A stretch of 64,000 bases of DNA from a virus (taxonomy: Duplodnaviria; Heunggongvirae; Uroviricota; Caudoviricetes): the IMG/VR virus record IMGVR_UViG_3300025778_000009; one strand, 5' to 3'. The position numbers and the translations under genes were made by a program. Within the stretch, counting starts at the first letter, position 1. Each line of letters starts with the position of its first letter. This document shows, piece by piece, positions 45,577 to 54,303 of the stretch. The notes beneath the pieces were generated by a model. That model ran no database searches, was not told where the DNA came from, and worked only from the letters and a program-made list of their open reading frames with translations.

Positions 45577-47442
45577 ATGTCTATTGATAAATTTACTACT
45601 GATCCGCAAAGAATAAAAAAATTTTTAGATTCTACAAAAGATGGTCAATCAAGATCTTTTGCACCACAAATGATAGGTGCAGGTGGTAATCATGCCCCTT
45701 ATTATGAAGTGTCAGTAAAAGATAAACCAGGTATTGGGAGTGATCAAACTATAGTTCATACAGGGCCTGGTGCAGGTGTTATGGGAGGTATCGGGCACCC
45801 TACAGATCTTCAAGGATTTGTTTCTGCAACCGGTAATAAGATATTAATTGATAATACTTTTGGTTCTGATGTTATTACTATTCAACACCATTCAGGTGCT
45901 ACCATTGCAATAGATGCTGATGGTTCTATTCATATGGTATCATCGGGCAAAAAAGGTGTTGGTGTAATTGCACCCGCTGGTGATTCTACTAACTATGCTC
46001 GTGGACATATGATACTAAAAGGTGATGGTAGAATTACAGTTGAAACTAATGGGGACTTAGATTTTAATGTTGGAGGCTCAGTAAACTTTCATGTAGGACA
46101 CGATATGTCTTATCATGTTAAAGGTACCATTCAAGAAATTGCCGGTAGTAAAGTTACTGATATTGAAAAAGAAATGTCTACTATGATTGCTGGTGATAAT
46201 AGAATTACAGTTGCAGGTAATATGCAAACACAAGTTGCCGGTACAAAAATAACAGATGTTGGTAAAGATATAACAATAAGAGCAGATGGTGCAATTTCTA
46301 TTAACACACAACAAACTTTAAAAGCAATTGCTAAAGCATTAATTTCTATCGATACAAAAGATACTTATACTGTAACAGCTGCTAGTGATATGAAACAACA
46401 GTCTCAAGGTATTATTAGTATGATTGCAAAAGGCAATCTTAACCTTGAGACAAAAGGTAATTTTGCAACTAAATCAACTGGCACATCTAAAGTATCTTCA
46501 ACAGGCGACTTGTCATTTAATACTTCAGGCGGTATGGGTGTATATGCATCTGGTGAAATTGCAATTAAAGGCTCAGATACTACTATTCAAACAAGCGGAT
46601 CACCTAGTGTTGATACTGTATCAGATGCTGCAGATGCTGCAGATGCACCATTAGCACAATTTGTTCCAGCTAATACAATTATTGATAATGTTACTACTAC
46701 ACGTGTTGCACCAGATTTTCCTCATAATGCAAAACATATGTCTAAAGAAGAGTTTTCATTATATAAAAACGAAGGTGCAACTCCTAACCCTAAAGCAGAG
46801 GCGGCTGCTACTCCTAATTCTGGATCAGGTGTAAAACCAGAAATTAAAGATACAGGTATTACTGCAGAACCGGTTACACAAGGATCTTACGATAAGCCTG
46901 CAGGTAATGTTACTAATAATGGTAAAGCAGAACAAAATCCAATGCAAGTATCTTATTCAATTTATAATTCTAATGAAAAGATATCAAGACATATTACTAT
47001 TGGTCAGGTATTAGGTCTAAGAGAAGTACCTCACGATCAACAAAAAGCGGTAATTGATGAAGCTAGAAATACTGCATGGAATCTTTTAGATCCTCTTATA
47101 GAACATTTTGGAAGTAGAATGCAGATTACATCATGGTATAGAAATAACTCTAGTAACCATATAAAAGGTGGCGCAGTAGATATCAGAGCTACTAATAAAA
47201 ATGATGTTAATTTAACTGCAGAAATTGCAGCATATGTGAGAGACAACTTACCATATAATCAAGTATTTTTAGAAAAAAATGAATCACCAGGCATTCACTG
47301 TCATATTCAATCTGCTCAACCAGGGCAGCCTGGAGGAGGTATGGTATTTACTTGTGCTGATTCTAAATGTCATCAGAAAATATCTGGTCTACAATTATCA
47401 TATGCAGTGGCGGCTCTAGAAGGGAGAAGTAACGTTGGGTAA
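45577..47442 (+). CDS. gp5 C-terminal part: beta-helix needle plus Peptidase M15 domain
   Basis: GNKILIDNTFGSDVITIQHHSGATIAIDADGS, beta-helix repeats; C-term ITSWYR...NHIKGGAVD (H-x6-D) and IHCH. Confidence 0.8.
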   Translation: MSIDKFTTDPQRIKKFLDSTKDGQSRSFAPQMIGAGGNHAPYYEVSVKDKPGIGSDQTIVHTGPGAGVMGGIGHPTDLQGFVSATGNKILIDNTFGSDVITIQHHSGATIAIDADGSIHMVSSGKKGVGVIAPAGDSTNYARGHMILKGDGRITVETNGDLDFNVGGSVNFHVGHDMSYHVKGTIQEIAGSKVTDIEKEMSTMIAGDNRITVAGNMQTQVAGTKITDVGKDITIRADGAISINTQQTLKAIAKALISIDTKDTYTVTAASDMKQQSQGIISMIAKGNLNLETKGNFATKSTGTSKVSSTGDLSFNTSGGMGVYASGEIAIKGSDTTIQTSGSPSVDTVSDAADAADAPLAQFVPANTIIDNVTTTRVAPDFPHNAKHMSKEEFSLYKNEGATPNPKAEAAATPNSGSGVKPEIKDTGITAEPVTQGSYDKPAGNVTNNGKAEQNPMQVSYSIYNSNEKISRHITIGQVLGLREVPHDQQKAVIDEARNTAWNLLDPLIEHFGSRMQITSWYRNNSSNHIKGGAVDIRATNKNDVNLTAEIAAYVRDNLPYNQVFLEKNESPGIHCHIQSAQPGQPGGGMVFTCADSKCHQKISGLQLSYAVAALEGRSNVG

Positions 47443-48955
47443 CGTACAATTTGATTCACAAGGTAATCCTACTTCAGCAAGCTCATCTCCTGCAATAAAC
47501 AAAGATGTGATGGCTTTTATTCAGAAAAGTCTAATTCATCAACCTGGTGTTTATGGTAACCAGGAACATCAAAACTCTAATGTTGCCTTTAATAATGCAA
47601 TTCAATCTTCTGTGCAAAAATCTGGTATTGCAAATGTATTAAAAAATAAAACTGCTCCTCAAAATTATGTTAGAACTCATGATAATTATATTTTAACTGA
47701 AAAAGAACATTATGCAATCAATAGTACATGTGATAGACTTTCACAAGAAGGTGTAGTTCCATTCGACACGCTTCAAAATTTCTTTTATATATTAGCGGGA
47801 ACTGATTCTCTATCAGACTTAGAATATATTGGAGCTGTTACTGGTATAGATGAAATAAGTGACCAACAATACATAAGAAATATTACGGGTATTTGTTCTA
47901 TCCCTACAATCTATAAAGTAGGTTATCTTTCACATGGTGTTGCATCTGTAAATCAAAGATACTCTGCACAATACTTAAGCTCTAGTCAGTATGATGATTA
48001 CAGACAATCAAGCGGCGGTCTTACTTCATATACAGCAAATTATGCAGGCAATCTTGGTGTTATTGGGCAAGTAGCTTTAGGTATTGCATCCAATTTAATT
48101 GGTAATCAGACTGGTATTTTAGCTAATGCCCCTTCTTTAACATCATCATCAATTTATCAATCAGTAGGTGCACTCTCTAATTATGCAAGCGGTGAAACAT
48201 TATCACCTACAACAATAAGTGCAGTATTAAATCCTACTGCAACTGCACAATCTACCGCTTTACAAGCCGGACCAAATGCAATAAACAGTTTGTTAAATAT
48301 GTCACCTCTTGGTGGTGCTCTTTCTTCTTTTGGAGCACTAGGTGGTGTAGTTGCTGCTTCTCTATTAGGAGGAACTGGTGGGGGTGCATTAGGTGGGTTT
48401 ATGTCGGGTGTAGTTATGGGTCAAAGACTAAAAACATCACAAATTGCTAACAACCCAATGCTTACTCCTCCATCTTACGCCGGAAGAAGTTTCTTTGGAG
48501 AAGCACCTGTATCTCTTCCTGCAACTGATCAGGTATTTTGTAGACGAGTAGGATCTTTTGGTAGCACTAACGGAGGATCCGGTGTAGTATCATTTAGTAT
48601 GCAAAATTTTGCTTCTATGGGAGGAAGCATGAATTTATCTTCATTAGTATCCTCACTAGTTTTAGGAAGTTCTGAACCACCTCCAATGGGTACATTCATG
48701 GGTAATCATATTAGTAATACTACAGAAAATATTGCTAGTATATTAAATGTAAGTCCTTTCTCTAAAATAGAGCCTAGAAGATCAGATAACGCTATTCCGT
48801 TTTTATTAAGCATGAGTGCTGCTATTGTGGGTGAGAAGTTCTCTCCTTTTGGTTCTAAACCTATCACTGGAGGCTGGGCTTTAGCTGCTTCTGCAGCAAA
48901 TGATATTCAAAAATATCAACCGCAATTCTTAGAAACATGTAAAACATCTCTATAA
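47435..48955 (+). CDS. Hypothetical baseplate-region protein (Gly/Ser-rich)
   Basis: TTG start after SD GGGAG, overlaps previous stop; 506 aa. Confidence 0.6.
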   Translation: MGNVQFDSQGNPTSASSSPAINKDVMAFIQKSLIHQPGVYGNQEHQNSNVAFNNAIQSSVQKSGIANVLKNKTAPQNYVRTHDNYILTEKEHYAINSTCDRLSQEGVVPFDTLQNFFYILAGTDSLSDLEYIGAVTGIDEISDQQYIRNITGICSIPTIYKVGYLSHGVASVNQRYSAQYLSSSQYDDYRQSSGGLTSYTANYAGNLGVIGQVALGIASNLIGNQTGILANAPSLTSSSIYQSVGALSNYASGETLSPTTISAVLNPTATAQSTALQAGPNAINSLLNMSPLGGALSSFGALGGVVAASLLGGTGGGALGGFMSGVVMGQRLKTSQIANNPMLTPPSYAGRSFFGEAPVSLPATDQVFCRRVGSFGSTNGGSGVVSFSMQNFASMGGSMNLSSLVSSLVLGSSEPPPMGTFMGNHISNTTENIASILNVSPFSKIEPRRSDNAIPFLLSMSAAIVGEKFSPFGSKPITGGWALAASAANDIQKYQPQFLETCKTSL

Positions 48956-48958
48956 ATA
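48951..48958 (+). promoter_or_regulatory. T4-type late promoter TATAAATA
   Basis: Exact motif 5 nt before gp25 ATG. Confidence 0.7.
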
Positions 48959-48963
48959 AAAAT

Positions 48964-49353
48964 ATGGCTACAGATGTTATTTTTAGAGATTTACCTATTA
49001 ATTTTGATGTCCACCCTATAAAGGGTGACATGATAATGATTACTAATGAGCAAGCGGTAAAAAGATCAATTATTAATTTATTACTTACTAATCCGTATGA
49101 GAGATTTTTTACGCCTAATTTAGGGTCTGGAATCAGAGCTTCTTTATTTGAAAACTTAAATAAAGATTCAGAATATTTTTTAAGAGAGAAAATTACAGAA
49201 GTAATAAAAAACTATGAAAAAAGAGCTAATCTTTACAGTGTAAACGTAAAAGCTCTTCCAGATAGCAACACATATAATGTTACTATTGTATTTTTTATTA
49301 CTAATTCAACACAACCAATTACACTTTCTGTTGTATTAAGAAGAGTACGTTAA
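48964..49353 (+). CDS. 25: Baseplate wedge subunit (gp25)
   Basis: AVKRSIINLLLTNPYERFFTPNLGSGIRASLFE, IKNYEKR. Confidence 0.9.
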   Translation: MATDVIFRDLPINFDVHPIKGDMIMITNEQAVKRSIINLLLTNPYERFFTPNLGSGIRASLFENLNKDSEYFLREKITEVIKNYEKRANLYSVNVKALPDSNTYNVTIVFFITNSTQPITLSVVLRRVR

Positions 49354-51146
49354 TGAGCAATCCTGGATTTTTAAATGTATCAGAATTAAGTTTTGATGGT
49401 ATTAAAAATAATTTAAAACTATTCTTACAATCAAGACCGGAATTTTTAGATTATGATTTTGAAGGTTCTAATTTAAGTGCTCTTTTAGATATTATGTCAT
49501 ATAATACATATATGAATGCATATTATTTGAATATGGTAGGAAGCGAGTCATTTTTAGATTCTGCTCAAATTAAAAGTTCAATAGTATCTCATGCTAAAGA
49601 ATTAAATTATATTCCTAGATCTAGATCTTCTTCTAAAGCAATTGTATCGTTTACTATTAACACAGGAGCTGATAATCCTCCGGTAGTAATTTTGCCTAAA
49701 TTTTTTACTGTTAAAGCATCAGTTAATAATACTTCTATGGATTTTTCTACTGATGCATCAGTAACAATTTATCGTGGAGCAGATGGTTTATATACTAGTA
49801 ATCCTGTGCCTGTTTATGAAGGTAAGATAGTAGATGAATTTTTTAGATATCCATATGATACTAAATTTATATTGCAATCATCTAATATAGATACATCAAG
49901 TATTTTAGTTAATGTTACTAATTCTTTAACTGATTATTCTAATACTAACTTTACATATACAGAATCAATAATTGGGTTAAACAGTACATCAACAGTATAT
50001 TTTTTACAAGGTTATAATAATGATCAGTATGAAATAGTATTTGGTGATGGTGTATTTGGTAAAGCTTTATCTCCAGGCAATATTATAAAAGTTACTTATA
50101 GATCTACTAATGGTGAATTAGGCAATAAAGTATACGCTTTTAGCTCACCTAATAAAATTGATAACTATAGCGTGTCTGTTTCTACAAATGTGCCTGCTGC
50201 GTCTGGAACTGAAAGAGAAAGCGCCGACTCTATTAAATTTTATGCTCCTCGTCACTACACAACTCAAAATAGAGCAGTGACAAAAGATGATTACATAAAT
50301 TTAATAAGAGAAAAATATCCTCAAATTATAGCCATTAATGTTTATGGTGGTGAAGAAACAATACCACCAGTTTATGGTAAAGCTATTATTAGTATGGTAG
50401 TTGGAGGAAGCAACCCTATTGTGCCTGATGATTTAAAAGCAGACATAGTTTCGTACTTACAAACTAAATCTTTTACTACACTACCAGTAATTGTTGATCC
50501 AGTATTCATTTATGCTGAAATTGTAGTTAATGTATATTATAATCCTTCACTCACTACTAAATCAGTTCAACAATTAAAAACTGATGTTCAAAAACAGATT
50601 AATCAATATCAAGTAGATTATCTTGCCGACTTTGGTGCAGATGTTAGAAAATCTAAACTTTCATCATACATTGATTCTGCTGACGCATCTATTGTAAGTG
50701 ATGATCTTAATTTAAGAGCTATCTATAAAATTAAACCAAGAAGAACAGTACAAGAAATTTATGATTTTTCTTTTGAAAATGCTTTAAACAGACCAATCCA
50801 ATATGCCTATAATAAAAAAGAAACACCAGTTATTGTAAGCTCAACTTTTTATTACGATAATAACGGTGTTCTGGTTACAAATGCGCAGCTTGCAGATGAT
50901 GGTAATGGCACACTTATTACTTACTATACACTAAGTGATGGTACTAAAGTGATTCTTGATAGCGCAGCAGGCACAGTTAATTATGATACAGGTGAATTAA
51001 AATTTAATCTTACTGCTTATGATTATCCAGGTAATATTGACATTTTTGCTAAATTTTTAAATGCTGATATTATTGTTAAATCAAACAAATATCTCGAAAT
51101 AGATTTTACTAAACTTCAAATTAATGTTCTTCCTTACGTTTACTAA
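49353..51146 (+). CDS. 6: Baseplate wedge subunit (gp6)
   Basis: LSFDGIKNNLK, DYDFEGSNLSALLDIMSYNT, AKELNYIPRS, TQNRAVTKDDY. Confidence 0.92.
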   Translation: MSNPGFLNVSELSFDGIKNNLKLFLQSRPEFLDYDFEGSNLSALLDIMSYNTYMNAYYLNMVGSESFLDSAQIKSSIVSHAKELNYIPRSRSSSKAIVSFTINTGADNPPVVILPKFFTVKASVNNTSMDFSTDASVTIYRGADGLYTSNPVPVYEGKIVDEFFRYPYDTKFILQSSNIDTSSILVNVTNSLTDYSNTNFTYTESIIGLNSTSTVYFLQGYNNDQYEIVFGDGVFGKALSPGNIIKVTYRSTNGELGNKVYAFSSPNKIDNYSVSVSTNVPAASGTERESADSIKFYAPRHYTTQNRAVTKDDYINLIREKYPQIIAINVYGGEETIPPVYGKAIISMVVGGSNPIVPDDLKADIVSYLQTKSFTTLPVIVDPVFIYAEIVVNVYYNPSLTTKSVQQLKTDVQKQINQYQVDYLADFGADVRKSKLSSYIDSADASIVSDDLNLRAIYKIKPRRTVQEIYDFSFENALNRPIQYAYNKKETPVIVSSTFYYDNNGVLVTNAQLADDGNGTLITYYTLSDGTKVILDSAAGTVNYDTGELKFNLTAYDYPGNIDIFAKFLNADIIVKSNKYLEIDFTKLQINVLPYVY

Positions 51147-52783
51147 TGATTAATAAAATACAAAATATTGCCCCATTAATTCAAAAGCAGTTTCCTGCCT
51201 TCTATAATGAAGATGGGGCAAATTTTATTCAATTTGTTAAAGCTTATTATGAATGGTTAGATCAACAAGGTCCAATCTATAAAGCAAGAAGATTAGACAA
51301 ATTTACTGATATTGATACTACATCTAATGATTTTATTCAATATTTTATTGACAAATACCTACACGGTATTCCAGCTAATATTTTAGCTAATAAAGCATTA
51401 TTAGAAAAACATATTTTAGATCTTTATAGTTCTAAAGGAAGTGTTGAAGGTATTAAATTACTTTTTAGATTACTTTATAATTTAGATGCAAATGTTTATC
51501 TTCCCCAAAATGATATATTAAAAATATCAGATGGCAAATGGATAGTTAAAATATACTTAGAAGTAGAAGAAAAAAAATATAACTATACCTTTAATAAACA
51601 AACAATTAAAGGTACTACTTCTGGTGCAACGGCACATGTTTCTGATGCGGTTAAAATAAGTCAAGCAGATAAAATTAATCACCTCTTCTATATTACTAAT
51701 GTAAAAGAAGGACCTACTGGTTCATTATTTGTGCCAGGAGAGTATATAACTTATGATGGTTTAAATATAAATGATGCTCCTAAACTTTTAGGGTCTGTGG
51801 CTACTACTGATGTGTTAGGTTCTACGGAAGGTAATAAAATTGGGGATATTTTTATTCCTTCCAATACAAATCAAAATATAGGTGAAGGATTAAAATTTGT
51901 AGTTTCCGGATTACAAGATGCAACAAAATCTAGAGGTATTATTACTTTCAAGTTAGTAGACGGTGGGCAAGGGTACACTTTACACTCTAATGTAAATATA
52001 AGTTACGGAACAGCAACTCAAGGAACAGGTGCAGGATTTGTTGTAAAATCTATTATAAACCCTCAACAGTTTAGATATAATTTAAATAAAATTAGTCATT
52101 CTTTAGATACTAATTTAAATGATAATTTTGGTGACCCATTGAACTCTTCCAATATTGATACTCTTTTAAATTCAGCTCTAACAGATGATGTTATAACAGT
52201 AGGTACTATTGGTAGTATAGGAAGCGTAACTTCTGGTAATAGAGCATACAACGGAACATTAAATGTCAGTGTGTACGAGCCAATTACTTATGGATATGGT
52301 GTTAAAGGATCTAATGGTGGTATATGGGGCGGCAATGCTGTAATAACTGGAAAACCTGCATCTGGTAATGGCATTATTTCTCAATTATCAGTTCTTTCTT
52401 CTGGATACAATTTTAATGAAGGAGATACTATAGAAATTGAAAATATAAATGATGGTACAAAAAATGCAGAAATTACACTTCATTTAGATGGTCAAGGAAA
52501 AGAAGAAGGGTTCTGGCAAAATAATGATGGATTTTTAAATTCAGATAAATTTATGCAAGATAACTTTTATTATCAAGTATATTCCTACGAGGTACAAGTA
52601 GAAAAATCTCTGGATAAATATATTGATATATTGAAGAAAGTAGTACATCCTATTGGAAATTTAATTTTTGCTAAGAATCTATATGTTGATAAAGATGTAA
52701 GCACTTTTACTAATCAATATGAAGCTATAGAAGTATATCACGGTATTTCATGGGAGAATGGTGTTTTACAAAACACTTATTAA
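51146..52783 (+). CDS. Baseplate wedge protein (gp7-like)
   Basis: FIQFVKAYYEWL, LYSSKGSVEGIKLLFRLLY, QDNFYYQVYSYEV, KKVVHPIG. Confidence 0.75.
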   Translation: MINKIQNIAPLIQKQFPAFYNEDGANFIQFVKAYYEWLDQQGPIYKARRLDKFTDIDTTSNDFIQYFIDKYLHGIPANILANKALLEKHILDLYSSKGSVEGIKLLFRLLYNLDANVYLPQNDILKISDGKWIVKIYLEVEEKKYNYTFNKQTIKGTTSGATAHVSDAVKISQADKINHLFYITNVKEGPTGSLFVPGEYITYDGLNINDAPKLLGSVATTDVLGSTEGNKIGDIFIPSNTNQNIGEGLKFVVSGLQDATKSRGIITFKLVDGGQGYTLHSNVNISYGTATQGTGAGFVVKSIINPQQFRYNLNKISHSLDTNLNDNFGDPLNSSNIDTLLNSALTDDVITVGTIGSIGSVTSGNRAYNGTLNVSVYEPITYGYGVKGSNGGIWGGNAVITGKPASGNGIISQLSVLSSGYNFNEGDTIEIENINDGTKNAEITLHLDGQGKEEGFWQNNDGFLNSDKFMQDNFYYQVYSYEVQVEKSLDKYIDILKKVVHPIGNLIFAKNLYVDKDVSTFTNQYEAIEVYHGISWENGVLQNTY

Positions 52784-52794
52784 TATAAAACAAC

Positions 52795-54294
52795 ATGTCA
52801 AGTATTTTTACAAGAAATCTTAAATCAAAATTTACAGAAGAATTTATTAATGATGTAGCAAGCGCTAATTCAAATTATTATATTTGTTTTGGTAAAGTTG
52901 ATTCTTGGGATGATGATCAAAATCCTCCTTTAGCAAATGGAAGTGTTTTTGCTTCTTTTTATGATGTGCAAAAAAATATTTTATACGGCAAGAAAGTCAG
53001 CGTATCTGATATTGCTTATATGGCAAAAAACATTCAATATGTTCCAGGCACAATATACGACTATTATGATGATAAAGACCCGGATCTTTATAATAAAAAT
53101 TTCTACGTAATTAATCAATACGGAAGAGTATATAAGTGTTTGTTTAATAATTATGGAGCTCCTTCAACTACAGTTCCAAACATAACAAGTACTATAGGTG
53201 ATTTTACAACTGCTGATGGTTATATTTGGAAATATCTTTTCTATGTGCCTACTACTTTTCAAAAGAAATTTAGTACAGATGAATATTTTGCAGCTAACAC
53301 AGATCCTTCCGTACAGTTTCATTCAGAACCCGGAGCTATACATGTTATAGTTGTTGATAGCAGCGCAAACGGTTATATTCAGACATCAGGTTATGTACAA
53401 GAATATATCTCACCTACATTAGTGAGAATAGATACCGGTGCACTTCCAGTAAATGGTGCATATACTAATTCTGCTTTTTATGTAGTTTATGGTACCGGAG
53501 CTGGATCTATTTTAAAAATTTCAAACTATGTTGCTAATGAACAAGGTAATTTTGTTTACACCACTGATAATATACCTCAATTAGATACTACTTCTTTTTA
53601 TAGTATTGTACCTTACGTAACAATTAATGGTGATGGTAACGGCTGTGCTGCAATACCAGTAGTTAATAATTTTACTTCATATATTGACTCTATTCAAGTT
53701 ATTAATAGAGGCTCTAATTTTTCTTATGCTGATATAAGTGTAGAAGCAAATAGTGTTTTTGTTACCGGCAATACTGTTTTACATGCAATTATATCTCCAC
53801 CAGGAGGTCATGGCTCTAATGTAGTTAAAGAATTAGGTTGTGATACTACAGGTATGTCTGTTTTTGTTGCTAATACCGATGGATTCCCTTCATGGGTTAC
53901 CTATAGACAATTAAGCCTGCTTTACAATCCAATTTCAGCATCTAATAATAGTATATTTAATGATTCAGGGTTTAAAAATTATTATACTATGAACGTTACT
54001 ATAAATAATTTGCCATTTCAACCTTTTGAAACTATTACAGGATTTTTAAGTGGAGCAACTGGTATAGTACTTTATTGTGATGATGGTCAAATGTTCGTTT
54101 ATAACGTACAAGGCACATTTGCTGCTTTCGAATTAGTAACCGGTACATATTCCGGATATACTGCTTTAATTTCTACAATAATACCTCCGCAACTTACAAT
54201 AAATACTGGAGAAATATTTTATTATAGAAATATAGAACCAATTACAAGAGATCCATTCTCTTCAGAACAAATTAAATTATTTTTTAAGGTTTAA
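52795..54294 (+). CDS. 8: Baseplate wedge subunit (gp8)
   Basis: NFYVINQYGRVYKCLFNN, TADGYIWKYLF, SPPGGHGSN, GEIFYYRNIEPITR. Confidence 0.85.
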   Translation: MSSIFTRNLKSKFTEEFINDVASANSNYYICFGKVDSWDDDQNPPLANGSVFASFYDVQKNILYGKKVSVSDIAYMAKNIQYVPGTIYDYYDDKDPDLYNKNFYVINQYGRVYKCLFNNYGAPSTTVPNITSTIGDFTTADGYIWKYLFYVPTTFQKKFSTDEYFAANTDPSVQFHSEPGAIHVIVVDSSANGYIQTSGYVQEYISPTLVRIDTGALPVNGAYTNSAFYVVYGTGAGSILKISNYVANEQGNFVYTTDNIPQLDTTSFYSIVPYVTINGDGNGCAAIPVVNNFTSYIDSIQVINRGSNFSYADISVEANSVFVTGNTVLHAIISPPGGHGSNVVKELGCDTTGMSVFVANTDGFPSWVTYRQLSLLYNPISASNNSIFNDSGFKNYYTMNVTINNLPFQPFETITGFLSGATGIVLYCDDGQMFVYNVQGTFAAFELVTGTYSGYTALISTIIPPQLTINTGEIFYYRNIEPITRDPFSSEQIKLFFKV

Positions 54295-54303
54295 GGATAT
54301 AAA

